A DNA stretch of 63,990 bases, filler included, from Stramenopiles sp. TOSAG23-2 (lineage: Eukaryota), in NCBI GenBank assembly GCA_900128395.1. It is 4 parts of 4 records of this genome, joined end to end, with 100 filler letters (N's around TTAATTAATTAA, not from the genome) between each part and the next. Parts side by side here need not be neighbours in the genome. Positions count along the whole stretch, not along the records: positions 1 to 16,494 come from LT649675.1; positions 16,595 to 33,037 come from LT649676.1; 2 more parts are not named here. One strand, given 5' to 3'. A program made the translations under genes and the position numbers. The notes beneath the pieces were generated by a model. That model was not told the origin of the DNA. It searched no databases and saw only the letters and a program-made list of their open reading frames with translations. Below are positions 11,867 through 24,053 of this stretch, one piece after another (within the stretch, counting starts at the first letter, position 1; each line of letters starts with the position of its first letter).

Positions 11867-12143
11867 GCTATATCTGCTCTCTGTTTTGGATGGAGGTGAA
11901 CATTTGTTTCGGCTTTACAACAAGTGCCGCTGGAGATGGCGCGAAAGAAATGGATAATTTTTCGAATGAGACACCTTTTTTCTCACTTTTCTTCCTTCAT
12001 ACGGAAAAATCTCTTTCGAGGGCAATTTCAATACGGAAACGCGATGTTGTTAACATGTATCATACACGCAGCATCTCATCTAATATACGCATATATTAAT
12101 GTGGCTATTAACTATATTTTATGTCATCTCTCATCTTGCTCTC

Positions 12144-13307
12144 TCACAAACCGTCGAAGAACTTGGCTGCTTTCTTTTTCGCGACATTCTTGTGCAACTC
12201 ACCACGTCCTGGAAGTTGCCGGTTCTTACCTTTGCCCTTTTTCCTCCTTCGTTTCTTCTTTTTGTTCTCCTCTTCGCTATCGCTCTCGTCCATGTCGCTA
12301 TCTTCTCCGTTGTTTTCTGTATCCATGGCGTCTCCTCCTCCTTTTGCATCTTCTTCGTGTAAGAAGCACACATCCCAAATTTTCACCGTGTGGTCGTGAC
12401 TGGCGCTCACTAAGGTGTTCAAATCCTCAGTCAATCGCATACGTTCGATGGGATACTCTCCGTGTTCGCCGACTAAACCTAACATTTGGTTTGGAAATAT
12501 CGTAATCACGCGAATTAACCCGTCTGAACTTCCAGTTAAAACGATATCTTCGCTCACTTTCACCATCGCGTCCACGCTCGAGGGGTGACCGGGAAACCTA
12601 TCATTTGCATCGATCCAATCCCCGTAATTCCAAATGTTCAAGTTCCCACCTTGAGATCCGGCGACAACTTTTGTCCCATTCTTCACCACGCAACACGACA
12701 ACAACTCGTCCTCCATGTTATCGCTCTGCCCAAGCACCTTCATCGTGTGCAAATCGAGACATGCTAACGTTCCATCACCCGAGGTTACCATCAACGCATT
12801 TCGCTCGTTTGTCGTCTCGTGGTACATCTCCGAAACAAAATCTACAAATATTTCGTCTTTTTTAAACGAATGCACGCATCTCTCTTCTCGTATGTCCCAA
12901 ATTTTCACCACGCCTTCGTCGCATCCCGTCGCTATAACATTCGCATTGTCCAAAACCGTCAGTCTCGTTATCGCTTGCTCGTGAGCCTCTGCAATTCGCC
13001 CAATCGCTTGCTCAGTATTCGAATCAATCAACATCACCGAACAATCTCCAGAGCCGGTGACTAGCGCATCTCCATTTTTCATGTACGATAACGCTCTGAC
13101 CGATTCCGAATGCGCTTGGATCGTCGTTTGTTTCTTCACTTTTTTATTATTACTCGTTCGCCGCCACATCTCGACGCCGCCGGTTATTAAACCAATAGCA
13201 AAGGAATTTCCGGATGGATCTCGGAACGAAACGTCCATTGGATTTTCTTCCGTCGTGATGGTTATCGATTCGTCGTCGTTGTCGTCGTCGTCGTCGTTAT
13301 TGCTCAT
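12144..13307 (-). CDS. WDR55: WD40-repeat protein WDR55/JIP5-like (ribosome biogenesis)
   Basis: Multiple WD repeats, SDNMEDELLS, DRFPGHPSSVD, GSSDGLIR, GEHGEYPIE, acidic/basic tail ending FFDGL. Confidence 0.85.
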   Translation of the reverse strand: MSNNDDDDDNDDESITITTEENPMDVSFRDPSGNSFAIGLITGGVEMWRRTSNNKKVKKQTTIQAHSESVRALSYMKNGDALVTGSGDCSVMLIDSNTEQAIGRIAEAHEQAITRLTVLDNANVIATGCDEGVVKIWDIREERCVHSFKKDEIFVDFVSEMYHETTNERNALMVTSGDGTLACLDLHTMKVLGQSDNMEDELLSCCVVKNGTKVVAGSQGGNLNIWNYGDWIDANDRFPGHPSSVDAMVKVSEDIVLTGSSDGLIRVITIFPNQMLGLVGEHGEYPIERMRLTEDLNTLVSASHDHTVKIWDVCFLHEEDAKGGGDAMDTENNGEDSDMDESDSEEENKKKKRRRKKGKGKNRQLPGRGELHKNVAKKKAAKFFDGL

Positions 13308-13484
13308 GGTGCGGTGGGTTCTTTATTCGCTGTCGTCGTCTGACTTGCGTGTGTTTATTTAAAAAAGCGCGTTTTGGATTTGAACTTTTTGTGTCGTTTC
13401 ACTCGAGCACTTTTTACGAAAAAACCAAATTCACAAAGACAACACAAAAGGCTCTCTTCCCGATATCGAAAGCGTGCGATTAAA

Positions 13485-14234
13485 ATGGGCACAGTCGCCG
13501 AGCTGAATCTCTCCCGAGAAGAGGGAGAAGAAGATCTCGCGCCGCCAACGAGTAGCGACGATAAATCTGATCGGCATGAAACGGTATTCCCTTCTTCCAT
13601 AGTTTGGTGCACCATTCCAATCCTCTCGGATGTGTTTCCTCTCGTTGGTCACGTCGGCGTGACCAACTCCTCGGGATGGATATACGATTTCATCGGGGAT
13701 GGGACCATCCACCAAAGTGTGAGCAATAATTTATCGTTCAATCGAGTGATGCGAGTGATCCCATTGGATGAATCTAAGTGTAAACATCCTATCGATGAGA
13801 GTTTACGAAGGGTGATGATGCATTACACAAGGACAAACGAACGATACAACTTGTTCGGACAAAATTGCCACGATTTTGTCGGTATTCTCTTGAACCTTTC
13901 GGAATATGAAGGCAAAGACAATTGGAATTTGATAGACGTGGCATTTTTAGTTTGGGGGATCAAAGGGAATGGAGGGAGTTTTGTGGATGTGAATGCGATG
14001 TATCGAACGTTTGGGCCAGTGTGCGTCGCGTTGGTGGTAGCGTTTGTGTTCGGAATGTTAAGAGCGTTCTTGCACTTGTTGTTGGGTTTGTACGGCGCGT
14101 TAGTCGGGTGGTTTATGTTGTACGTATACGTGTTGAATACAAGACGGAGTTGTTCTATAAGAGCTGGGACGATTCCGTTTATTAGGAATAATAACAATCA
14201 TCAAGGCGATGTTGTAGCTGAAGGAGACGTGTAG
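13485..14234 (+). CDS. TMEM222/RTE1-family membrane protein
   Basis: FPSSIVWCTIPILS..FPLVGHVGV...G.IYDF.G, YNLFGQNCHDFV, WNLIDVA and C-terminal TM segments; first ATG at 13485. Confidence 0.85.
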   Translation: MGTVAELNLSREEGEEDLAPPTSSDDKSDRHETVFPSSIVWCTIPILSDVFPLVGHVGVTNSSGWIYDFIGDGTIHQSVSNNLSFNRVMRVIPLDESKCKHPIDESLRRVMMHYTRTNERYNLFGQNCHDFVGILLNLSEYEGKDNWNLIDVAFLVWGIKGNGGSFVDVNAMYRTFGPVCVALVVAFVFGMLRAFLHLLLGLYGALVGWFMLYVYVLNTRRSCSIRAGTIPFIRNNNNHQGDVVAEGDV

Positions 14235-14512
14235 AGATACTCGGACACGCGTGCGTTTCATTTTTCCTAACCATATTTTCTTATACCAAAAGAGTCAGTC
14301 AGTGAGGATTCCAATCACCAGCTACTAGAACCGATTAATATCTTTGATATTTTGAGGATGACTGTGTTCATTTCTGAGACTTACTCTTCTTGGTCCTTTG
14401 GGCGGATGCAAGAAATGTGCGCGGCTTTGTATTTCCGGGTGTAGGTATTTATAAAAAAATCCAATTTTGTAACTTTAGAGATAACAACGCTCGCGCACAC
14501 GCAAACACTACC

Positions 14513-15529
14513 ATGAGCAACGCTTTATTCGTATACCGGCCGTTGAGTTGGTCGAGAGTAAGCACGAGTAAGGACCATTCCCGTCTTCTTCGGACGAAAA
14601 ATTTGTCGTCGTCTCTTCGTCGTCGTCGCACTTCTTTTGTGACACGACAGCGTATCTCAAACGATGCTGATTTTGATGCGAAGAATAATACCAACAATAA
14701 TAAGATAGAAGCCAAAGATGTGCTCTCTTTCCTGTGCCCACTATTAAAACTAGTGAGTGGCGGCGATGCTGCCAAACCACGAAACCGGACGTTTGAAGTG
14801 GCCACTTCCGGGTTCGCCTCCATGGCGAGAATTCAGTACGGGAAAAATGTTTTACAAGAAGCCACAGAGAGAACACAGATGGAACCACCACCAAAACTGA
14901 TTTTATACGAATTCGAAGCGTGTCCATTTTGCCGACGAGTACGAGAGACACTATCGATGTTAGACTTAGATTGCGAGATAAGACCGTGCCCAAAAGATGG
15001 GACGTTTAGAAAAGAAGTGTTGGAAAGAGGTGGGAAGGAGACGTTTCCGTATTTCGTGGACGAGACAACTGGTAAAGAAATGTACGAGAGCGCGGATATT
15101 GTCAACTATTTGTACAAAACGTACGGGAACGGCGCGGATTTACCGGAGAATTACTTTGCGAGCACGCTCATTACTGGATGGATGCCAACTTTGTTCCGCG
15201 CGGGAAGAGGAATGACGAAATACGAACCGAGAAAGGAAGGCTTTGTAAAGCCACAAGTACCATCTGGGAACATTGAGTTGTTCAATTACGAAAACAATCA
15301 GTTTGCAAGATTATGCAGAGAGGCGTTGTGCGAGTTAGAATTGCCTTATACGTTGCGAAATGTTGGCGCTGGCTCCCCAAAGAGAGTGACATTGACCGAA
15401 GCCGGTGGAAAATCGGTGCCGTTTCTAATCGATGGAGATGTGAAGATTGGAGAGAGTGAAGAAATTGTCGCATACTTGTTTGAGAAATACGGTGGTGGAT
15501 ACGTGCCAGAGGTTCAAAAAGAAGCGTAA
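14513..15529 (+). CDS. Plastid-targeted tandem GST-N/glutaredoxin-like domain protein
   Basis: LYEFEACPFCRRVRE...GGKETFPYFVD...MYESADIVNYL and a second domain LFNYENNQFARLCREALCELELPY...VPFLID; transit-peptide-like N-terminus. Confidence 0.85.
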   Translation: MSNALFVYRPLSWSRVSTSKDHSRLLRTKNLSSSLRRRRTSFVTRQRISNDADFDAKNNTNNNKIEAKDVLSFLCPLLKLVSGGDAAKPRNRTFEVATSGFASMARIQYGKNVLQEATERTQMEPPPKLILYEFEACPFCRRVRETLSMLDLDCEIRPCPKDGTFRKEVLERGGKETFPYFVDETTGKEMYESADIVNYLYKTYGNGADLPENYFASTLITGWMPTLFRAGRGMTKYEPRKEGFVKPQVPSGNIELFNYENNQFARLCREALCELELPYTLRNVGAGSPKRVTLTEAGGKSVPFLIDGDVKIGESEEIVAYLFEKYGGGYVPEVQKEA

Positions 15530-15537
15530 TTATTCGA

Positions 15538-16445
15538 TTATTCTTCTTTCCCACTAATATCTACTTTATCTAGTTTCCTTTGTAACGCCGCAGCAACTTT
15601 AGCCTTCCATTCCGCACTTTCGTAATACCTACCGTCGTCGTCTGCTTCTTCCTCCGACTCATCTAGATTTACCTCCTCCTCCTTCGCTATAGGTAGAAAC
15701 TCTGGCGCGTCCGCTTTCCATAAAGCTTCGCCATCTGGTAACCCTCTGAACAAAGCGCACTCTTTCAACAACCTCTCGCATGTCGGTCGTTCGGTCCAAT
15801 CGTACGCGATGCACTGTCTACAAAAATCCTCAAGTTTTATATCGAACCTTCTACTTTCTCCTTCATCATCGACAATCTCGTACTTCAACACCTCGGGTTC
15901 TTTCTCAATCGCTTGCATGGTCAAATACTCCGTTTCTCTACGAAACGGATTCTTCCCGCTAATTAGTTTATATGCGGTCAGACCTAATGACCATACGTCG
16001 CACGCGTACGTTGCCTTCGCTTTCGCCTGTAAAATCTCGGGTGCGCAATATTCCGCTGACCCGACAAAAGAATACCCTCTTTCCTTCTTTTTCACCATCT
16101 TATCTTCAATCTCTCCAGTTTCTTCGTTCATAATTCGTCTCTTTACGAACTCCTCCTTATATTCTAAATCTAAATCTAAGCAAGAGCCGAAATCGCACAA
16201 TTTTACGTGTCCATCCGACCCTAATATGATATTTTCCGGTTTCACGTCTCGATGCGCCACTCGTAGCGTCTCGTGACAATATCGCAACGCCTCCGTGGTT
16301 TCCTTCACGTAAAACGTTACTTGATTCAAGTTCAACCTCCCACGACTCTTCTTTTCGACATCTCGCGTTCGTTTCATCAGCATCGCTAAATCCCCTTGCT
16401 CTAAACATTCCATGGCTAAATAGAGCGAATAATAATCTTGAAACT
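15538..16445 (-). CDS. Ser/Thr protein kinase, PDK1-like, 5' truncated
   Basis: FQDYYSLYLAME, HRDVKPEN, DFGS, SFVGSAEYCAPE, DVWSLG, FRRETEYLTMQ; the apparent N-terminus MCVCVC is a chimeric (CA)n tail. Confidence 0.8.
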
Positions 16446-16494
16446 GTCTTTCAGTATTGCTCACAGACACACACACACACACACACACACAAAA

Positions 16495-16594
16495 NNNNNN
16501 NNNNNNNNNNNNNNNNNNNNNNNNNNNNNNNNNNNNNNTTAATTAATTAANNNNNNNNNNNNNNNNNNNNNNNNNNNNNNNNNNNNNNNNNNNN
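16495..16594. other. Artificial contig spacer
   Basis: N44-TTAATTAATTAA-N44. Confidence 0.99.
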
Positions 16595-16596
16595 AT

Positions 16597-16776
16597 GATA
16601 GTGGAATACAAAGTATTATTGATGGATTAAAAACAAACAATACATTAAATTACTTGCACCTATCTTATAATTCTCTTAGTGATAATATGATATCACAATT
16701 AAAAGCTATAGAACAATATAAAATAGATGGATCAAACGGGTATCAACAAGTGAAAGGGATGGTGATATACACCTAA
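16597..16776 (+). CDS. 3' end of an RNI-like (NLRC3-type) leucine-rich repeat protein, partial
   Basis: Translates DSGIQSIIDGLKTNNTLNYLHLSYNSLSDNMISQLKAIEQYKIDGSNGYQQVKGMVIYT*, open at the contig edge. Confidence 0.75.
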   Translation, partial: DSGIQSIIDGLKTNNTLNYLHLSYNSLSDNMISQLKAIEQYKIDGSNGYQQVKGMVIYT

Positions 16777-17471
16777 TAATAATACGAGTTGTAATCATCA
16801 TCTTTTTACGATGTATATCACACTAGCGATTACGATCAAACTCAGAACTTGGGGGCAAAAAGAGAGGCATTAAATATGATATAGTATGTGTAAAAAGAAT
16901 TTGAAGAATGGTGTAATCACAGTAAAAAACAAACAACAGTTTTTGTATATACGCTCGTATTATATTTATTAATATCTCGATTTTAACCATCATATATACG
17001 AGTAAATTATAATATTTTTATATATATATATCTCTCTTGACATTGGGGACTTTGTTCCTTCTCCCTTCTCTCTTTCTCTCTTACATCTCATGTATGTCCC
17101 TCAAATGTTCTTTCTTTGCCTCTTGCCTCTCTCTCTATACGAGTATCATGACTTAAATCTAATAAAACACCACAACTATTTAATACTAGAAGGCCAATCC
17201 GCCAATTCTCTCTTCTCTCTGACTTGGCCGCGTTGTTTTATACCAACAACTAACACCTCTACATCGTCTTCTTATATATATCTTCTCAATATAATAATTT
17301 ATTACTCTTTGCACCTTTTATAAAAATATTAATTTGTTCTGCTCGTTTTTATAGAGATTCAGTCCAATAAAACATATATATATAAAAAATATATATACCA
17401 TTTACATCAAGCTTCAAACCTGATGTTCATCGATTTTTATATATATTAAAATATATATATACATATTGTAT

Positions 17472-18124
17472 TTATTCTTCTGAATCACTATTAAACGTAA
17501 GCGTATTGCCATTTGAATGTTCTCCAACACCTTCAATTCGATGACTACCAAAAACAATACGTTTGCATAATGGTACATAAGTTTCTACCGCATCTCCAGT
17601 ATCATCATCATAACCAGATTTTGTTGGCCATGATGTAACACGACGATTATGAATAAACATCTATATAACAGTATGCATAGTAAAAAAAAAAACATGTTAG
17701 TACATATATGTATATATTTAAAATTGATCTATATATAGATATATAAAGAGAAATATATGACTTAACCCATCAACATTTTTTGTATCTACTCGTATCGTTG
17801 CTTTTCCAATTCGTTCACTACTAGTACTACTACCATTGGATAAACTACTTGATGGACTTGTATTATTCATCACATCTTGTACACTTACAATATGATGATC
17901 AACAACATCGGATGTAGTATTAATAGTCGTTTGTTTGTTGTTTTTTGGCGTTGATGATTGATTTAACAATGCATTTATACTTGATACAGCAACGATATCA
18001 TTTGTTTCATTATGACTTGTATTATTATTATTATTATTATTATCGTTATTACTATTATGCCCTAATAAATTGTTTGTGTTGTTGTTCTTCTTTTTTAACA
18101 ACATGTTATTATTATCTACTAATG

Positions 18125-18160
<36 letters not shown>

Positions 18161-18711
18161 TCATAGTCATTAAATATGAAGAGGATAAATTACCATCACT
18201 TGTTTCACTATCAAAACTATTTAAACGAGATCGTTGTCGTTGGTTTGAATTACTACTATTCATTGTACTACCATCAGCACCATTACTATTCAATGATGAT
18301 GATGACATCATCATGTTGTTGTTGTTGTTGCTATTGTTACGATTATTTTTTTTATTTTTTGTAGTTTGTTTCTTTTGAAGTAATGGATGATTATCAATGG
18401 TAAGACTATTTTTAATATCATTATTATGAACATCTTCTATTTCCGCCATTTGTTCTTGAAAATGATTGATAATTTCTTGTGAAAAACTAGCCAACACTTC
18501 ACGTTGTTGATATTGTTCATAATCTGCTGGTGAATATGGGTTAGTCACATCTTCTATTAAATTTTTACCATTTGGTGTTAACATATTTGAATCATATGGT
18601 ATAAAATCACCATCATCATTTACCATGTCATCATCTACATCTTCGTCTTTGTCGTCTTCATTATCGTTTTGTTTCTTTTCCTTGGCTACTCTGGTTGTTG
18701 TTGTTGTTGTT

Positions 18712-18742
<31 letters not shown>

Positions 18743-19295
18743 CAGTAGCAGCAGTCGTACTAAATGGTGGTGCAGGTGGTAACATAGATGTTCTATTACT
18801 ACTATTAACAAGAGCAGGTGTTGTTGAATTTTTTAATGATTGCATTAAATAATCACTAGTTTTTAAACGATTTGACATTTCTATATCTTCTTCCATCATA
18901 TCACGTCGTTGTTTTGTATTTCTTCGTTGCTGTAGACCAAAATGACCTTGCTGTTGTTGATGCTGTTGATGTTGCATGGTATTACGTTTTGTTGCATTCA
19001 AATTTTCAATTTCTAAAAATTGATTTGTTGATGCAGCAATAGAAGCAGATGTTGGTGATAAAATATATTTCTTTTTATTTTTATTTTTCTGTTTCGTCTT
19101 GTTGTTCTGTATTGAATCTGATTGATACGATCGTTTTTTAATACCTGGACCACGTGAACCTGGAAATCCATTACGTTCCATAATTTTCTTTTTCTTGTTT
19201 GATGATTGATTGCTATTACTATTATTGCTATTATTATTGTTATTTGTTGTAGTTGCTGTTGTATTGGTTTGTATAACAGGCATTTTAATTTTCAT
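17472..19295 (-). CDS. Hypothetical Asn/Thr-rich low-complexity protein, probably multi-exon at its 3' end
   Basis: 525-aa ORF 17718-19295 plus a downstream coding-like segment 17472-17660; exact splice sites not resolved. Confidence 0.55.
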
Positions 19296-21124
19296 AATAA
19301 ATTATAAATATATATATTATATATTTTGAAAATTGTTGAAAAATGATAGATTTTGATCAAAATTTGCGACAACAAAAAAAAATACAACACCCAAATTTTT
19401 TTAAATTACTACAAATTATCAACGAGCGACGAATATAACGAAATAAAATACACACACAAACACACACACACACGTATTATATCGAATATTCACACATCTA
19501 AAGTTGTATAATTCTCTCTCTTGAATAGTTTGTGTATATGAATGTGTTTTTTGATTTTGCTTGACACTTGACACACCACTTTGCAAAAACATGTGAAAAT
19601 TATTGATTTACAGAATGGAATTAATAGTACAAAATAAATATTATTATTCCGAGGTTCAAAAAAGTGGCGTCCCGGCGTCCCTCGTATTCACTTGCTACAG
19701 TATATACATGATTCAAGATAGACATAACATTTTGTATATTTGCACATGTGATTATAGATATAAAAAATTCTCGTATTTGATATGTATTATATTATTGAGT
19801 ATAATATATAAAATTGTATAATATATATATATGAATTATTAATTTATAATCTAATTTAATTGATAAGTGTCGTCTAGTATATAGAAAGATACAAAATATA
19901 TAAAATAGAATTATTAATTTAATATGTAATTTAATTGATAAGAGTTGCCATTTAACTCCTGTTTAATATAGCAATATGTAGGATCATAAATCATGATCCA
20001 CGGCAATTAAGACGGTAATATCATTACACAATGCTATGTAGTGTATATTACCCTTATAGCAGGTGAATACCACTGACCAGGTTTTTGGATATGTATATAT
20101 CATATGTTTCGGATATTTATTTCATATTGTGTTGTATAATGAGAATAATGGTAAATAAGGGTACAAACAAACACTCTGTGTTGGTGAAGTAAAAAGAAAC
20201 TAGAAAAGCGGGCGGGAACCTAGTTCATAATATATAGTGTATAATATATATACTAACAAGTATAAATATCACACATGTAGTGATATTCCCATACTATCTC
20301 CAAACCAAATTACAATTTATCATTTTCGCTCGCAATGTTTCCGTATTCAATGCTATTTACCTGGTAATCCATTCCTCGACAGGTTCAAATTCGAATATGT
20401 AGAAAAAAACATTAAATTTAAACTACCAGGAGTTTATAATATAAGTTCCTTAATATTGTATTTTTATTACTGATATTGAGAAAATTTATAAAATGGACTA
20501 AAGTCAAATAAATATATATACTAATGTAATACTTTTACTATACAAAAAGTAAATATATATATCGGATAATATGTATATATTTGTTTATATTATGGGTATA
20601 ATAGTAAATAATACAATAGGATAATTTAAGGAAATATATATATTATATCGCAAAATCAAATTTATAACAGTAGATTTGATATCTCATGATATTTACCTGC
20701 TATACAGTTTCCATTAAAAAATTAAAAAATACTCAAAAAAAAAACACTTTTCCCGACGACATTGATTTCTCTAAGTATAAATCATACATATAAAAGCTAA
20801 TACTGAATGATGTTAATTTATTAGTATACTAATTTTCATGCCTACCAAATTCTCCTCAATAATAATTGCCTCAAAACAACAAGTTCAACACAAGAAGTTC
20901 AAATAAATATTTTATTATACCCCTCTCTTGTCCCATGTAAAAGCAAATATTCCGTCGACATATATATGTAACAAAATACATTTTTTTGATAAATTAATTT
21001 TATAATTATAAACAGATCGTACCTACTTCTAGATAAACGTGTGCAAGAATAATATATATATTCACCATACGTCAAGTTTCAACCAACATATATACACACA
21101 AATAATAAACAAAAAAAAACAACA

Positions 21125-22306
21125 ATGGAAAATCGCAAATTAATAATTGTTGAAGGTAACATTGCAGCTGGTAAATCCACTTTATGTAAAGATTTAGCAA
21201 CGATTTTAAATTATGGTTTATTTATTGAACCAACGGATTCTAACCCATATTTAGAAAAATATTACAAAGAACCAAAGAAATACGCATATAAAATGCAAAT
21301 TTGGTTTTTACGACAACGATTTACAACGTATTGCCAAGCGATACGTTATTTATTAAAAGGTATGGATGATACAGGAAAAAAAATTAATGGTGTTATTTTG
21401 GATCGTAGTATATTTTCCGACTCCGTATTTGCTGAACAAAATTACGTGGATGGCAATTTTTCATTTGAAGAATACGATGAGTATTTGAAATTTAGAAACA
21501 AATTATTAGATAAAGTTATCTTACCAGACGTCATGCTTTATTTAAATGCATCTCCAGAAACATGTTATGAACGTATACATAAATTGAGAAAACGTGCTGG
21601 GGAAGAAGTCATTCCACTTGCATATTTAACTGGTTTATCAAATTGTTATCAAACATTAATTGATGAATTGACATATCAAACCAGTACAAATGTAGTATTA
21701 GTGCCATGGAATACATTTGGTAAAAGTCAAGATATTTGCAATACCATCTTGAAAACATTGTTGGAACAAAAACAACGGGAGGAAGAACAAGTTGGAAATG
21801 TAACCATTCCAACAAAAACAACTGGAACGACTACTACAGTTGATATTGATGATGATGAAATTATGGATATTGAAAATAATTATTACAACAATGGAACAAC
21901 GGAGGTACACAATGAAAAATTGTCACATTTACAAGAAATTGTTGCAACAGATCAAGAAATTTTAAATGTATTAAATCATGAAGAATCGAAATGTATTTAT
22001 ATAGTACCATCAGCTGATAATAATAATAGTGAGAATAATAGTAATAATAATAATAATAATAAATTGTTGTTAAATGAAGATCGATGTAAATCGCCATTAA
22101 CAATTACATCAAGTAGTAGTAATGAAAATGATGATAATAATATGATGATGCCAACAGAATTATTTACACCTATTGCTGGTAAAAAAACAAAATCAATATT
22201 ATCATCACCGATTGCAACAAGTTCAAAAGTAATCAATGATAGTAGTATCAATGAGGAAGAAACAAATGCTGCTGCTGCTGCTACGAAACGTGTGATATCA
22301 CCGTAA
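21125..22306 (+). CDS. Deoxynucleoside kinase (dNK/dCK/TK2 family) with low-complexity C-terminal extension
   Basis: P-loop IVEGNIAAGKST, EP...NPYLEKYY, MQIWFLRQRF, DRSIFSDSVF, PD..LYL.ASPETCYERI..R.R..E. Confidence 0.92.
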   Translation: MENRKLIIVEGNIAAGKSTLCKDLATILNYGLFIEPTDSNPYLEKYYKEPKKYAYKMQIWFLRQRFTTYCQAIRYLLKGMDDTGKKINGVILDRSIFSDSVFAEQNYVDGNFSFEEYDEYLKFRNKLLDKVILPDVMLYLNASPETCYERIHKLRKRAGEEVIPLAYLTGLSNCYQTLIDELTYQTSTNVVLVPWNTFGKSQDICNTILKTLLEQKQREEEQVGNVTIPTKTTGTTTTVDIDDDEIMDIENNYYNNGTTEVHNEKLSHLQEIVATDQEILNVLNHEESKCIYIVPSADNNNSENNSNNNNNNKLLLNEDRCKSPLTITSSSSNENDDNNMMMPTELFTPIAGKKTKSILSSPIATSSKVINDSSINEEETNAAAAATKRVISP

Positions 22307-22558
22307 ACCGTAAAATTTTAGCGTCGGTCTGCCCTCTGCCCTTCTGTAACAAAGGGGAGTTAATAACTATAAAAAAAAACAGCAGTGTGGAAAAGTTTAA
22401 AAGTTTAAAAATATGATATATCTTAGTTTAATTTTATTATATTTTGTTTTTTAATACAGCAGATAGCAGATACAGTAGTAGATAATTTCGTACCGTCGTG
22501 TACCGCGTACCGCGTACCGTCAATTACGCTTGAGACTGCATAACCAGTTTTAAACATT

Positions 22559-24053
22559 TTACTCCTCACCACCATCCAATACGTCCTCTACTTGTTGATC
22601 TAATTTATCCATTAAATAATCGGTATCCCCACGATCTGCACGTTTCGTACCACCAAATGTAATGGCAGCATCGCTATGATGATCTTCCCCTTTAACTTGC
22701 CTCCATAAACGTTGCGTATCGAAAATTTGATAGACTTTTGCTTTTAATTCTTGTGCACTAAATTGTAAACTGCGTTTGACTTCACGTCTTGGATATGTGA
22801 TTTTAAAATTCAACATAAATTCCATTTTTTTATCATATTCAATTTCAATTTCAGGCCTTGTACCACCCCATTCACGTTTATCCATTTCTCTCCACCCTAA
22901 ACGCACCGTTTCATTGGTCACATTCTTCGTATGCTCCTCGTACGTCTTGTCTTTGTCCAGTAAATATTTATCTAATCGTGAGGTATGGATTGGTTTATTA
23001 ACTTGTTCATATACGACGATCAACCCACTTGCTTTCCAATTCCAATTTCTCATAATACGAACGGTAATAAATGCAAACAATGCCCATATAAACATGTTGT
23101 ATACAAAATATACAACAGGGGTAGATTTCATCATCGGTTCAACGAATGGGCGTATCCATTCAGTAGATACAACCGTCCATTCTCCAGTAACGCGATCTAA
23201 AATATCAAATGACAAACCACCAACGATGAAAATTTGCATCAATTCTAATACAGTTGCATTACGTTGATGTACACCTTGCACGGCGACTAAATCTTTCAAG
23301 GATACATCGGATGCATACATGATGACATGATGTTGGTATTCAGCTACATTGTTACTCATCTGTGACAATAAATCACGTTCATGAAATGTCCCAACAATAT
23401 TTTTGTTTAAATCTTTTACTCTTGATCCTAATGCCACTTTAGCATCATTAATTTGCAATCGTGCATATAATGAACGCCCAGCTTGCTCTGGTGGTTCCGG
23501 TGGAACGGGCATGATTCCAAGTGCCTCCGTAATAAAACCTAATACTTCTTGCATCATAATCATATCACGTGTAACATTAACAATCATATTTCTGATTTTA
23601 ATTAATGAATTTGGATCTTGTGTAGAATTAGTAATTTTCTCACGTGTTACTTTCATATCATCCAATACAATAAACTGACGCGAGAAATAATTTCGTACAA
23701 ATAAATCCAATATTGAAATATTTACGTCTATTTTCCACGGACATCGATGCAGGTGCATAATCAAAATCAAATACTTGTTGTACAATACCTTCATATGTCA
23801 TGACTAATACAGCACTTTTACGTATCCATTCCTCCGCTTCTTCATCACTTTGTGCAATATTTGTATATAATGATATTAAATATAATAAACGATTTTGATT
23901 TTCCGTTAACCCAGTATCCGATGCATCATCTTCCTCTTCACTGGATTCACTGAATTGTGATGATTCCTTGTCTTCATCATCAGTCATGTCTTCCGAATCT
24001 ACATCAGAATTATCATTATCTTTCTCTTCATCCACTTCATATTTATCCGCCAT
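22559..24053 (-). pseudogene. Uncharacterised membrane protein, paralog of 25045-28809, with internal deletion and frameshift
   Basis: N-part LTENQNRLLYLISLY...WIRK...YEGIVQQVFDFDYAP...YFNI joins out of frame at about 23709-23716 to C-part ILDLFVRNYFSR...FDILDRVTG...two TMs...WGGTRPEIEIEYDKK; about 545 aa present in the paralog are missing. Confidence 0.7.

Noticed and set aside
16446-16488. Cys-Val repeat N-terminus on the kinase ORF
   Set aside because: Translation of a chimeric (CA)n tract copied from 6100-6154.
16539-16550. TTAATTAATTAA palindrome inside N runs (also 33082-33093 and 49612-49623)
   Set aside because: Artificial all-frame-stop linker used to concatenate contigs; adjacency across it has no biological meaning.
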